DNA from: Acidobacteriota bacterium
GTDB taxonomy: Bacteria; Acidobacteriota; Polarisedimenticolia; Gp22-AA2
Direction of reading: 5' to 3'
Assembly: GCA_003223135.1 (NCBI GenBank)
Contig: QHXX01000021.1
Span: forward strand, 63,674-127,673
Length of the DNA stretch: 64,000 nucleotides
The translations under genes were made by a program, and so were the position numbers. The stretch's first letter is position 1. Each line of letters opens with the position of its first letter. The notes beneath the pieces were generated by a model. That model did no database searches and had not been told where the DNA came from. It saw only the letters and a list, made by a program, of their open reading frames with translations. Shown here one piece after another: positions 20,731-33,201 of the stretch.

Positions 20731-22670
<1,940 letters not shown>

Positions 22671-22713
22671 ATCTTTCCTCCTTGATGCGGTACTTTCTTT
22701 TTAGCCGGGGCAT

Positions 22714-22742
22714 AGTATAAATGTTGAGTACATCGTTGTCAA
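22714..22742 (-). promoter_or_regulatory. sigma70 promoter of the dnaK operon
   Basis: Minus strand TTGACA (22742-22737), 17 bp, TATACT (22719-22714), in the most AT-rich stretch of the window. Confidence 0.85.
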
Positions 22743-22743
22743 T
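22723..22743. promoter_or_regulatory. HAIR-like HspR operator
   Basis: gTTGAGT-acatcgt-TGTCAAt versus HAIR consensus CTTGAGT-N7-ACTCAAG; overlaps the -35 and spacer. Confidence 0.65.
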
Positions 22744-22808
22744 ATGTTCTACTGAGTGTGAGTAGTGTCTAACGGCAAGTAAAACAACAACTTAAGTGGA
22801 TGGCCTCG

Positions 22809-24035
22809 CTACCCTGCAGGCGCATTCACGAGGTCGATCGGCCTGTCATTCCCGCCGCCGGCAGAAAACGAGATCCTGTACCCACCGGGAAGAACCTCAT
22901 ATTCGAACGATCGTCCCAGAGGATCGAGTATGGCCGATGGCTTCAGGAGATGGTCGGTCACGAGCCGTGCAAGGTTCTCGGGATACCCCCTGTTCCTCAG
23001 GAAGTACACCTGGATCGCAAAGTCGATGCGCTGCATCCGGCTGCGAGCGATCGAGTCCCGGATGGAACGCACATCATCCCTTCCGATCAGAGGAGTGAGG
23101 TAAGGCGTGGCCGACCCTCCCTGTCCGAGTCCGCGCACGATGGTCTCCCCCCGGCGCATCACCAGCCCCCCTGCGGCGGCCACGAGGATGAGGTAGCCGA
23201 CCGCCAAAAGGGGCCGCGGCGTGGCGCGTCGTGCCCCCGCGGCCGGCGCCGGCGCCGCCGGCGCCGTCTTCGGCCCGGCTGTCCTGACCTCCTCGAGAAG
23301 CTGCCGACCGATGAGCTCGTAGAGGATTCGGCAAGTGTCGAACTCGCTGAGGCTGCAACGCTCGACAATCTCCTGGACCGTCCGCTTGCCGTCCACCAGC
23401 TGGTAAACCTTCCGATCCTCGTCGCTCAGCGTCACCGCGCGGGCCGCCTCGTCCGCCATCGGCCAGGTTCCCCTCCCGGGCGGGGGCGCGATCTCGACGT
23501 TGGCGTGGCGGAACACGGCCAAGAAAGACTTGATCCCCTTCTCGATCATCGGCCATTCGTCGAGGATGCGGGCGCCCTCCATAAGGATGCTCTCCGCAGA
23601 CATCGGGACGACGTGCTCCTTGTCGTAGTCGACACGCTCTTCCTGCGTGAAATCGTACTCGCCGTCCCGCCAGCGGAACAGGCGATAGACCATCTGGCTG
23701 ATTTGGATCTGCAGGGCCTCGCGCAGGGTGTTGGGATCGATGAACTTGTTTTCGACCAGGATGTTCCCCATCCGCTTCAGCGTATTCTTTTGGATGCGCA
23801 GCGCCTCCTGGAGCTGCCCCTCGCTGATGCGCCCCGACTTGACGAGCACGGTTCCAATCCGATCCTCCAGTCGACGGTGCAGGGCGTCGGCCGATACCAC
23901 GTTGCCCTCGACGAACGAAACGGTCACGACCTCTTTGTCACTCTTGAGTGTGAGGACGCCGGTCTTTTTCTGGATGCCGATGAGCTGAAAAATGTCAGCC
24001 AGGCTGAAATCCTTCAGAGTCCCCTTCAGCGCCAT
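22809..24035 (-). CDS. DUF4388 (PATAN-like) domain membrane protein with C-terminal pseudopilin-like segment
   Basis: MALKGTLKDFSLADIFQLIGIQKKTGVLTL and ILMEGARILDEW DUF4388 signatures; one TM; C-terminal IQVYFLRNRGYPENLARLV...DPLGRSFEY. Confidence 0.75.
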   Translation of the reverse strand: MALKGTLKDFSLADIFQLIGIQKKTGVLTLKSDKEVVTVSFVEGNVVSADALHRRLEDRIGTVLVKSGRISEGQLQEALRIQKNTLKRMGNILVENKFIDPNTLREALQIQISQMVYRLFRWRDGEYDFTQEERVDYDKEHVVPMSAESILMEGARILDEWPMIEKGIKSFLAVFRHANVEIAPPPGRGTWPMADEAARAVTLSDEDRKVYQLVDGKRTVQEIVERCSLSEFDTCRILYELIGRQLLEEVRTAGPKTAPAAPAPAAGARRATPRPLLAVGYLILVAAAGGLVMRRGETIVRGLGQGGSATPYLTPLIGRDDVRSIRDSIARSRMQRIDFAIQVYFLRNRGYPENLARLVTDHLLKPSAILDPLGRSFEYEVLPGGYRISFSAGGGNDRPIDLVNAPAG

Positions 24036-24041
24036 GCCGCC

Positions 24042-26057
24042 TCACTCCCTCTCGGCTTCGTGGGTCGACAGGTTCCCCGTCAGCCACACGGCGAGCGCGA
24101 CCGTCCCGAGCGCCACGATCGGCCCCAGGTCCGTCGTCGTGATCGCCTCCGACGGAACCAGGAGCTGGCCACCCAGCAGGATGCCGAGCCATGCGCCGCA
24201 CCAGCAGGTGAGGAGGAGCGCTCCAAGCCAGGTCCGACCGCCCAGCACATGCCCGCTTCCCGGAAGAAGCAGGCTCAGCAGCCTCTCGCCGATCCACACA
24301 CGCCGGCGGTACCTCACCACCTCCTCCATCTTCTTGCTCTTCACGTTAGGGGCCAGGCCGTCGCGCAGGATATAGAGATGCACGCACTGCGAGCAGTGAT
24401 CCGGATCCTTGGTCCCCATCCGGCAGCGCCGACAGAACGGCCGCCCGCACCGCCGGCAGCGCCGCGACGAGGCGACGCGCGGCGCGATCCCGAGCCCGGG
24501 CAGGAGCAGGACCATCAGGAGCCCGGCGCCACCCGCCGGCGTCGCGGGCGCGGAAAGCGAGCGCGACCAGGCGGAGCGCATACCCTCGTCCAGCCGCAGC
24601 GTCACGGCGCGCTTCCAGATCTCCGCCCGTGTATAGCCGACATCGACCGGCAGCCGCCTGCTGCGTCCCTCGCTCCCCTGCGCCAAAAGCGTCGTGACCA
24701 GCGCGTCGTCGATGCGTCGCGCCACCTTCAGCTCCTGGTCTGCGGATTCCAGATGGAATGCCTCAAGGTGTGCGAGGTGACTGTCGTAGTGGGCGATCGC
24801 CAGGCTCGGATCGAGGTCGCCCGCCTTCTTGTAGAGGTTTTGAGCTATGGCGAACTCCTGTCGCAACACGTGCAGGTTGGCGAGATTCACCATGGAGCGT
24901 GTGTGGCCCGGATCGACCACCAGGGCGCGCCGGTACATCTTCATCGCTTCGTCGAACCGACCCGCCACGCGGTGCATGGAGGCCAGCAGGAACGGGAACA
25001 TCGGTTCGTCGCGATGCGTGTCGGCCAGCGCGCGGAGTGCCTGCTCGTCCTGCAAATCGTATCCGCCGCGCAGTGAGCGGATGAGAGCGCGCGCCCCCGG
25101 ATCGACCGCGGTCCCCGCGATCCAGCTCGCGACCGAGCCGACCGGGCCGGCGCCGAGCAGCAGGGCGAGCGTCAGGAGAGCGAGCCGCTTCTCGCGCCTG
25201 CGGAAATAGGGATAGAACAACGCCGCCCAGGCGGCCAGGAGCCAGACAAGCGGCGCCGTTACCAGGATCGGCACCGCCATCAGACCCCACCCGATGAGCC
25301 GCGACGACTCGTCCGAAAGGTTGCCCTGGAAACGCTCCATGACGTCGTGGGAGAACGCCGGGGCACCATGCAGGCAGATGAGGAACAAGGCGGCCGCCAC
25401 GCCGAAGCAGAGCCCCAGGTAGACGATGATCAAGCCATTGCCGGCCTGCTGGTAGACCGATCCCGCATCGGTCATCCGGACCTTCAGGGCGGCCCACAGC
25501 TCGCCGAGCGCCCCGGACAGGTCGCGATCGCCCCGGAGCAGGGCCACGGCCAGCCCGAGGTGCGCGGCGGCCAGGGCCGGATCGAAGTGCGAGGCCAGGC
25601 GGAAGTTCTCCTGCGCGCCCCGGTAGTCCCCGTCGTCGAGATACCGCCGCGCCTCGGCCAGATAGGCGCCCGCGATCTCCGGCGCGCCCCTGAGACCCTC
25701 GCGTTTCATGAAGTCGAGCGCCGTTTCGACCTGACGCGCCGCCTCCGCGGTGTCCCCACGCCCCGCGAGCGCGCGCTGCTTGAACCACAGGTCCGCCAGG
25801 ACCTCGCGCGCATTGACCCCCTCCTGGAGCGGCGCCCCCAGGGGGACGCCTGTGTCCTCCGCCGGAGCCGGCGAGCGGCCGGCTGGCGCCGGAACGGTCC
25901 CCGGGCTCTGGATGAGCGGACGGTTCGGATCGAGGACGATGATTTCCGGCTCCTGGGCCCGCTCCGGGGGCGCCGCCAGCGCCAGAAGGAGGACGGCGAG
26001 ACCGATCGTCGGACCGCGGGCGCCGCTTCGATTCATCGAGCGGATACGCTCGGCCAT
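24042..26057 (-). CDS. multi-TM tetratricopeptide-repeat protein with Cys-rich segment
   Basis: Signal-like N-terminus, TPR-like helices, several TM segments, CRRCGRPFCRRC...CSQC, C-terminal TM hairpin. Confidence 0.7.
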   Translation of the reverse strand: MAERIRSMNRSGARGPTIGLAVLLLALAAPPERAQEPEIIVLDPNRPLIQSPGTVPAPAGRSPAPAEDTGVPLGAPLQEGVNAREVLADLWFKQRALAGRGDTAEAARQVETALDFMKREGLRGAPEIAGAYLAEARRYLDDGDYRGAQENFRLASHFDPALAAAHLGLAVALLRGDRDLSGALGELWAALKVRMTDAGSVYQQAGNGLIIVYLGLCFGVAAALFLICLHGAPAFSHDVMERFQGNLSDESSRLIGWGLMAVPILVTAPLVWLLAAWAALFYPYFRRREKRLALLTLALLLGAGPVGSVASWIAGTAVDPGARALIRSLRGGYDLQDEQALRALADTHRDEPMFPFLLASMHRVAGRFDEAMKMYRRALVVDPGHTRSMVNLANLHVLRQEFAIAQNLYKKAGDLDPSLAIAHYDSHLAHLEAFHLESADQELKVARRIDDALVTTLLAQGSEGRSRRLPVDVGYTRAEIWKRAVTLRLDEGMRSAWSRSLSAPATPAGGAGLLMVLLLPGLGIAPRVASSRRCRRCGRPFCRRCRMGTKDPDHCSQCVHLYILRDGLAPNVKSKKMEEVVRYRRRVWIGERLLSLLLPGSGHVLGGRTWLGALLLTCWCGAWLGILLGGQLLVPSEAITTTDLGPIVALGTVALAVWLTGNLSTHEAERE

Positions 26058-26079
26058 GGGCGCAGCGCGCGCGGACGGC

Positions 26080-26553
26080 TCACGACGTCTTCGAGGGCTT
26101 TTGCTTCTGGTGGTTGACGACCGCGATTTTCAGATCATAGAGGAGCGACTCGAGCAGCCGTGACTCGTCCGTCGTCAGGTTGCCGCGCGTCTTGACCTGC
26201 AGGGCCTGGAGCAGATCGATCACCTGTCGGGCGCCGTCGAGGTCTACCTCGACCTGGCCGGTGAACGGGTTGGGCATTTCCCCGAGGTTGGCGGCGGCGG
26301 TGGCCGCGAGATTCCGGACCAGGTTCACGAACTGCGCCGAGGCCGCCTGCTGTTCGCGCGACGGCGGAGCGGACGCGACGCGCGGCGTCTCACCCGCCAC
26401 GGCCCGGCCCGGGCCCGGAGACCCGGGCACCGGGTGCGCCGCAGGCGAGTCCTCGGGCGGCGCATCGGGCGTTCGACGCTGCCCATCGGGCGTGAACATG
26501 CGCCGATCGACGACCCGGATCTCCTCGCGCCTGCCGTCGTCCTTCTTGTCCAT
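26080..26553 (-). CDS. DUF1844 domain protein
   Basis: LGEMPNPFTGQVEVDLDGARQVIDLLQALQVKTRGNLT pattern. Confidence 0.8.
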   Translation of the reverse strand: MDKKDDGRREEIRVVDRRMFTPDGQRRTPDAPPEDSPAAHPVPGSPGPGRAVAGETPRVASAPPSREQQAASAQFVNLVRNLAATAAANLGEMPNPFTGQVEVDLDGARQVIDLLQALQVKTRGNLTTDESRLLESLLYDLKIAVVNHQKQKPSKTS

Positions 26554-26693
26554 CGCTGCCGCGAGCCTCCGCGCAGAAGTCGTCGCGGCGCGGAGGATAG
26601 CACCGCCGCGCCGCCCGACACAAGGCCGATTCCCGTGCGTTACGTCAGGCGTTGTCCGCGCCGGCGCCCGTGGTCTAAGATGCGCGGCGGCCC

Positions 26694-27563
26694 ATGGAGA
26701 CTCGCATGTCGGAAATGGATCGTCTCAAGCAGATCATGGATCGTCTGCGCGGGACCGACGGCTGTCCGTGGGATCGCGAGCAGACCTACGAGACGCTCGC
26801 CACGTTCCTCCTGGAGGAGACCTATGAGGTACTCGACGCGATGAGGTTGGGCGCTCCCGGCGCGCACCGCGAAGAGCTGGGCGACCTCCTGTTTCAGATC
26901 GTGTTTCAGTGCCGTATCGCGAAGGAGCGCGGCGACTTCGACATCGAGGACGTCATGCGGGAGATCGGCGACAAAATCGTCCGCCGGCACCCGCACGTGT
27001 TCGGTGAAGGACGCTTGAAGACCGCGGACCAGGTGCTCGCGCAGTGGGAGCAGATCAAGGTCGAGGAGCGGCGGGGCAAGCGGGACGGATCGATGTTCGC
27101 CGGGGTCCCACCGGCCCTGCCTGCGCTGCTCAAGGCCCTGCGCATTTCCTCGAAGGCGGCCCGGGTCGGCTTCGACTGGCCCGATCTCAAGGCCCTCCTG
27201 GAAAAGCTCGAGGAGGAATCGGAAGAGCTGCGTGGAGCGCTGCGCGCGAAAAAACGCGCCGCGATCCAGGAGGAGCTGGGCGATCTTCTGTTCACGATCG
27301 CCAATGTGGCGCGGCGCGCCGGGATCGACCCCGAGATGGCGCTGCAGGGAGCCAACCGGAAGTTCGTGGATCGTTTCCGCTACATCGAGGAGAGGCTCGG
27401 CCGGGAAGGGCTGACGATGGCGCCGGAGAACCGGGAGCGCATGGAGACGCTGTGGCAGGAGTCGAAGAGGAAGCTCAGAAAAACTTCGCCTGGCCGAAGG
27501 TCCCCATCCGCCGGAATTTCTGGTAGCGCGCCTCGACGCGCTCGACGGGCAACACGCTCCTGA
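26694..27563 (+). CDS. mazG: nucleoside triphosphate pyrophosphohydrolase
   Basis: [16 protein letters not shown] twice, [18 protein letters not shown]. Confidence 0.95.
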   Translation: METRMSEMDRLKQIMDRLRGTDGCPWDREQTYETLATFLLEETYEVLDAMRLGAPGAHREELGDLLFQIVFQCRIAKERGDFDIEDVMREIGDKIVRRHPHVFGEGRLKTADQVLAQWEQIKVEERRGKRDGSMFAGVPPALPALLKALRISSKAARVGFDWPDLKALLEKLEEESEELRGALRAKKRAAIQEELGDLLFTIANVARRAGIDPEMALQGANRKFVDRFRYIEERLGREGLTMAPENRERMETLWQESKRKLRKTSPGRRSPSAGISGSAPRRARRATRS

Positions 27564-28437
27564 GCTCCTCCAGCGCCGCCATCAGGTGGTCGTCCAGGAT
27601 CGCCGCCTGTCGCGTGTGATCCGCCTGTGCACCGCCCGGCGGCTCCGGCACGATGGCATCGATGATCTCGAGCTCCCGCAGGTCCGGCGCCGTGATGCGC
27701 ATGGCTCGGGCCGCCTCCTTCGCCTTCCCCTGGTCCGACCACAGGATCGCCGCGCACCCTTCCGGGCTGATCACCGAATAGACGGCGTGCTCCAGCATCA
27801 GGACCCGGTCGCCGACGGCGATCGCGAGAGCGCCGCCGCTGCCCCCCTCGCCGGTCACGGTGACGACGATCGGGATGGTGAGGCGCGCCATCGTGCGCAG
27901 GCTCACCGCGATCGCCTCCGCCTGCCCGCGCTCCTCGGCGCCCTTGCCGGGGTACGCCCCGGGCGTGTCGACAAAAGTGAACAGCGGCCTCTGGAACTTT
28001 TCCGCGAGCTCCATGACGCGCACCGCCTTGCGGTACCCCTCGGGCCGCGGCATGCCGAAGTTGCGACGCACCTTCTCGCGCGTGTCGCGCCCCTTCTGGT
28101 GGCCGACCACGGCGATCGGCGTGCCCTTGTAGGTCGCCAAGCCGGCGACGATCGCCGGATCGTCGGCGTATTTCCGATCGCCGTGGATCTCCACGAAATC
28201 GGAAAACAGGAGATTCACGTAGTCGAGTGTGTAGGGGCGCTTCGGATGTCGCTCCACCAGGGCGCGCTGCCAGGGCGTGAGGTGCGCGTATACTTCCTGC
28301 CGCAGCGCCTGCAGGCGCCTGTCGAGTCGCTCGATTTCGTCGGCGCGATCGTCGCCGCCCGGCACGCCAGAGAGTTCTTCAATCCTCTTCTCCAGCTCGC
28401 GCAGCGGCCGTTCGAAATCGTCTTCCTCGGCGGCCAT
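27475..28437 (-). CDS. accA: acetyl-CoA carboxylase carboxyltransferase alpha subunit
   Basis: [42 protein letters not shown]. Confidence 0.97.
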   Translation of the reverse strand: MAAEEDDFERPLRELEKRIEELSGVPGGDDRADEIERLDRRLQALRQEVYAHLTPWQRALVERHPKRPYTLDYVNLLFSDFVEIHGDRKYADDPAIVAGLATYKGTPIAVVGHQKGRDTREKVRRNFGMPRPEGYRKAVRVMELAEKFQRPLFTFVDTPGAYPGKGAEERGQAEAIAVSLRTMARLTIPIVVTVTGEGGSGGALAIAVGDRVLMLEHAVYSVISPEGCAAILWSDQGKAKEAARAMRITAPDLRELEIIDAIVPEPPGGAQADHTRQAAILDDHLMAALEELRSVLPVERVEARYQKFRRMGTFGQAKFF

Positions 28438-28559
28438 GCGCCGTAGTCAAGCACACGCCCCCGAACGTGTCAAGCAACCGGACACGCCCTGACGCGGGAC
28501 ATTCACCGGCGATCCGGCCGCGACCGCAGAACACTTCTTCCGGCGGGCCGGCGAGACGA

Positions 28560-29446
<887 letters not shown>

Positions 29447-29450
<4 letters not shown>

Positions 29451-29893
29451 CGGGGTCGGCTCTCGAGGATCAGAGTGACCGGTCCATCGTTGACCAGCTC
29501 GACATCCATGAGCTCGCGGAATCGGCCCGTTTGAATGTTCAGGGGGCTGCGCGACAGCCTCTCGACGAAGGCAACGTAGAGCGGCTCCGCCTCCTCCGGG
29601 GGCGCCGCCCGCTCGAAGCCGGGGCGCCGGCCGCGATTCAGGTCGCCGGCGAGCGTGAATTGCGACACCACCAGGATCTCGGAGCGCGTTTCCAGAGCCG
29701 AGAGGTTCATCTTTCCATGACTGTCTTCGAAGACGCGCATATGAAGCACCTTGTCGGAAAGCCAGTCAAGGTCGGAGGTCGAGTCTCCTTTCTCGACCGC
29801 GATCAGGACGAGCAGCCCGCGGCCGATTCTTCCGACGATCTCGCGGCCGACCCGCACCTCGGCGCGCGACACGCGCTGCACCACCGCCCTCAC
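29447..29893 (-). CDS. dtd: D-aminoacyl-tRNA deacylase
   Basis: GTG start overlapping the murJ stop; MRAVVQRVS, SQFTL, NDGPVT. Confidence 0.95.
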
Positions 29894-31449
29894 CGCGCCG
29901 GCCCCAGAATGGATCGCAGCATGCGCATCTCGTCGTTGCCCAGGATCGCCATCAGTCCCAGGTAGATGGACGCGCCACCCGCAATCAGGCCGCCGAGCGC
30001 AAGCACCTTGGCGAGAAGGCCGTGGAGAGCGATGACGTCCACGAAACTTTCTCCGAGAAGGAGCGCCGCGCTCATCGCGCCCGCTGCGATCAGGGTGTGC
30101 CACGCGGCGCGCCCCACGGCGGCGTCCAGATATTCTCCCGCGCGGCGGCGCAGCATCCATGCCAGGAGCGCGCTGTCGGCCAGCGCCGAGATCGACGTGG
30201 AGAGGGCAATGCCGCTGTGTTTCATGGGCCCCCGCAGGGCGAAGTTCAGCCCGAGGTGCAGGAAGAAGGTCAGCGCGCCGACCTTCACGGGCGTGCGCGT
30301 GTCGCGGTGGGCGTAGAACGCCGTGGCCTGGATGTTCACCGCGGCGAACGGGAGGAGCCCGATGGCGTAATAGGCGAGAGCGCTTGCCGTCAGAAACGTA
30401 TCCTCCCGCGTGAAACGCCCGCGCTCGAACAGGACGTGGATGATCGGGACACGCAGAACGATGAGGCCCAGCGTCGCCGGCACGCTCACGAAGAACAGCA
30501 GGCGCATCGCGGTCGAGAGCAGGCCGCGGACCCGCTCGCGGTCCCCGTCCGCCGTCGCCCGCGACAGGGTCGGCAGGATCACCGTGGAGAGGCTGATGGC
30601 GAAGATTCCAAGCGTCAGTTCGGTCACGCGGTTGGCATAGTAGAGGAATGACACGCTGCCGGTCTGCAGCGACGTCGCGAACTGCGAGTCGATGACCAGG
30701 TTCACCTGGATGATGCCCACGCCGAACACGCGTGGCAGGATCAGCCGGCCGATCTCCTTCAGTCCTCCGAGATCCAGGCTCGCGGGCGGTCGCAGGCTCA
30801 TCCCGTGCCGCAGGAGCGCGGGGACCTGCACCACGAGCTGGAGGAGGCCCCCCGCCAGGACCCCGACCGCGAAGCCGTAGGAGGGATCGCTGAAGCGATC
30901 CTTGAGCGTCCAGGCGCAGGCGATGATCGCGAGGTTGAGCAGCACGGGCGTGAAGGCCGGGAGCGCGAAGACGTCGAACGCGTTCAGGATGCCCGACATG
31001 ATCGCCGAGAGCGAGATGAAAAAGATGTACGGGAACATCAGCCGGTTGAGAGAAATCGTCAGCGCCACCTTCTCCGGCGACACCGCGAACCCCCAGGCCA
31101 GCGCCTTGACCAAAAGCGGCGACAGCACGATGCCCAGCACGGTGATGACCGCGAGGAGGACGGTCATGGCGTACAGCACCGATGCCGCGAAGCGCCACAT
31201 CGCGTCGCGGTCGCCTTTTCGAATGTAGCGCGCGAACGTCGGCACGAACGCCGAGGTCAGCGCTCCCTCGGCCACGAGCCGGCGCAGCATGTTGGGGATG
31301 CGGTAGGCGATGACGAAGGCATCGGAGGAGTTTGCGGCGCCGAGGATGGTCGCCTGGAGACTGTCACGAAAATAGCCGGCGATCCGGCTGAGCATCGTCA
31401 TGACGCTCATGGAGCCGGCCGCGCGGATCAGCCCGCGCTCCTTGTCCAT
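29890..31449 (-). CDS. murJ: lipid II flippase MurJ (MviN)
   Basis: SRIAGYFRD, AYRIPNMLRRLVAEGAL; about 14 TM; 519 aa. Confidence 0.95.
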   Translation of the reverse strand: MDKERGLIRAAGSMSVMTMLSRIAGYFRDSLQATILGAANSSDAFVIAYRIPNMLRRLVAEGALTSAFVPTFARYIRKGDRDAMWRFAASVLYAMTVLLAVITVLGIVLSPLLVKALAWGFAVSPEKVALTISLNRLMFPYIFFISLSAIMSGILNAFDVFALPAFTPVLLNLAIIACAWTLKDRFSDPSYGFAVGVLAGGLLQLVVQVPALLRHGMSLRPPASLDLGGLKEIGRLILPRVFGVGIIQVNLVIDSQFATSLQTGSVSFLYYANRVTELTLGIFAISLSTVILPTLSRATADGDRERVRGLLSTAMRLLFFVSVPATLGLIVLRVPIIHVLFERGRFTREDTFLTASALAYYAIGLLPFAAVNIQATAFYAHRDTRTPVKVGALTFFLHLGLNFALRGPMKHSGIALSTSISALADSALLAWMLRRRAGEYLDAAVGRAAWHTLIAAGAMSAALLLGESFVDVIALHGLLAKVLALGGLIAGGASIYLGLMAILGNDEMRMLRSILGPAR

Positions 31450-31488
31450 CGTCCCCCCGGGCGCCCCGCGGATGCCCGGGGCGGAGCG

Positions 31489-31517
31489 ATTCTACGTGCC
31501 GCGCTCGGGCCTTGCAA
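31489..31517 (-). promoter_or_regulatory. sigma70-type promoter for murJ-dtd-xerD
   Basis: Minus strand TTGCAA, 17 bp, TAGAAT. Confidence 0.55.
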
Positions 31518-31609
31518 CACGCAAATCCCGCCGGTGACCCGGACGAACCACGGGGCCGGGCCTGTGATACGCTACCTTCGAGAGTCCGTCGGAAACGAAG
31601 GGGGCGTTC

Positions 31610-32032
31610 ATGGCAAGCGTCAACAGGGTCATCCTGATCGGCAACCTCGGGCGGGACCCGGAGGTGCGCTACACGCAGAACGGCTCGGCGGTGGCGAACT
31701 TCACCCTGGCCACCAACGAGGTCTGGACCGACAAGGGCGGCGAGCGGCAGGAACGGACAGAGTGGCACCGCATCGTCGTCTGGGGCAAGCAGGCCGAAAT
31801 TGTCCGCGAGCATCTGACCAAGGGCAAGCAGGTCTACGTCGAGGGATCGATCCAGACCCGTCAGTGGGACGACCGTGAAGGGAACAAGCGGCAGACGACC
31901 GAGATCAAGGCGCTGCGCGTCGTCATGCTGGGCCGGCCTGAGCCTGGCGAGGCCAGGATGAGCGCAGCCGCCGCACCGGAAGCGACGAGCGACGAGCCCG
32001 GCCCGCCACCCGAAGACGACATTCCCTTCTGA
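31610..32032 (+). CDS. ssb: single-stranded DNA-binding protein
   Basis: [26 protein letters not shown]-terminal DDIPF. Confidence 0.97.
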   Translation: MASVNRVILIGNLGRDPEVRYTQNGSAVANFTLATNEVWTDKGGERQERTEWHRIVVWGKQAEIVREHLTKGKQVYVEGSIQTRQWDDREGNKRQTTEIKALRVVMLGRPEPGEARMSAAAAPEATSDEPGPPPEDDIPF

Positions 32033-32220
32033 GCGCGTGGGATGGATCGGAGCGGCAGCGCCTGGGAATCAGCCCCGGCGCTTGCCGATGGCGCCGGGAT
32101 ACGTGACTTTTCGCTTCCCCGCTGCGCGGGTGCCGCCCTTGGGAAGCGGCCGCGTATACCGCCTGCGGTTGGCGGCCATCCGGCCGCTCTTGGCCATGTT
32201 CACGAAGCGGCGCACGGCTT

Positions 32221-32946
32221 CTACGACAGCTCCTCGACTTTTTCTTTCGCCTCGAACTGGTAGTCGGAATCGGGGAAGTCGCTCACGACCTTTCGGTAGG
32301 TCTTGAGCGCCTCGCTCTTGAGGCCGAGCGCTTCCTGGCAGCGCGCCACTCCCATGAGTCCCTCCTCCTTCGGGAAGAAACCCTGCGCGTCCTCTGCAAG
32401 CGCCTGATACTGGATGAGAGCCTCCGACGGGTTCCCCTGCGACTCCTTCAGGCGCGCCAGCTGGTAGCGCGCCAGGGGCGCCAGGAAATCACCGGGATAT
32501 TTCGCCAGCAAGTCCTGCAACGCCTGGCCAGCCTCGCCCGTGTTCTTCAGCTCGGACAGCGCCAGTCCCTTGTAGTACAGCGCCTTGGGAGCGAAGCCCG
32601 ACGAGCCATAGCGGGTCAGGATCTCGTCCGCCAGCTTCACGGTCTCCCGGTCCTTCTCCTCGCCGGTCGAGAACGTCCTCGATCCGGACGTCGACGGCTG
32701 CAGCGCGTCGAGAGACGTCGTTACGGGCGCCCGGTACGTCAGGATGATCTGCCCCAGCAGGAAGGAGGCCTTCTCTTCCCGGGCGGTCCACCACACCCGC
32801 ACCGCGAACACGCCCGCCGCCAGCACGACCAATCCCACGGCCAACATCCCGATCCGCCGCGCGTGGTGTTCGACGTAGAAGCTCCCCTTCTCGATGGCCG
32901 TGACCAGCTCGTCGCGCTTCATCTGATGCCGTTCGGTCTTCCTCAT
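32221..32946 (-). CDS. TM-anchored TPR protein (YfgM/YbgF-like)
   Basis: One N-terminal TM followed by TPR-like helices (KALYYKG, LARYQLA, GVARCQEALG). Confidence 0.7.
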   Translation of the reverse strand: MRKTERHQMKRDELVTAIEKGSFYVEHHARRIGMLAVGLVVLAAGVFAVRVWWTAREEKASFLLGQIILTYRAPVTTSLDALQPSTSGSRTFSTGEEKDRETVKLADEILTRYGSSGFAPKALYYKGLALSELKNTGEAGQALQDLLAKYPGDFLAPLARYQLARLKESQGNPSEALIQYQALAEDAQGFFPKEEGLMGVARCQEALGLKSEALKTYRKVVSDFPDSDYQFEAKEKVEELS

Positions 32947-32973
32947 GGTTCTTTCCTTCCACCCCTCGGAATC

Positions 32974-33050
32974 TGGTGGGCCTGGCGTGACTTGAACACG
33001 CGGCGCACGGATTAGGAATCCGTTGCTCTATCCACCTGAGCTACAGGCCC
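32974..33050 (-). tRNA. tRNA-Arg(CCT)
   Basis: GGGCCTGTAGCTCAGGTGGATAGAGC...ACGGA-TTCCTAA-TCCGT...GCGTG-TTCAAGT-CACGC...ACCA; 77 nt. Confidence 0.95.
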
Positions 33051-33201
33051 GATCGCGGCTGTCACTTTACCTGCCCGAACGGAACGCCGTCAAGGCGCGC
33101 ACGGCAAAGGGCACGACGCTCGCGGCAGCCGGTGTGGTGTGGCGCGCGGCCCCGCCGATGTGCGAAACTTCCCCGGCGGCGGCCCGCGGAGGGGAGGACG
33201 C

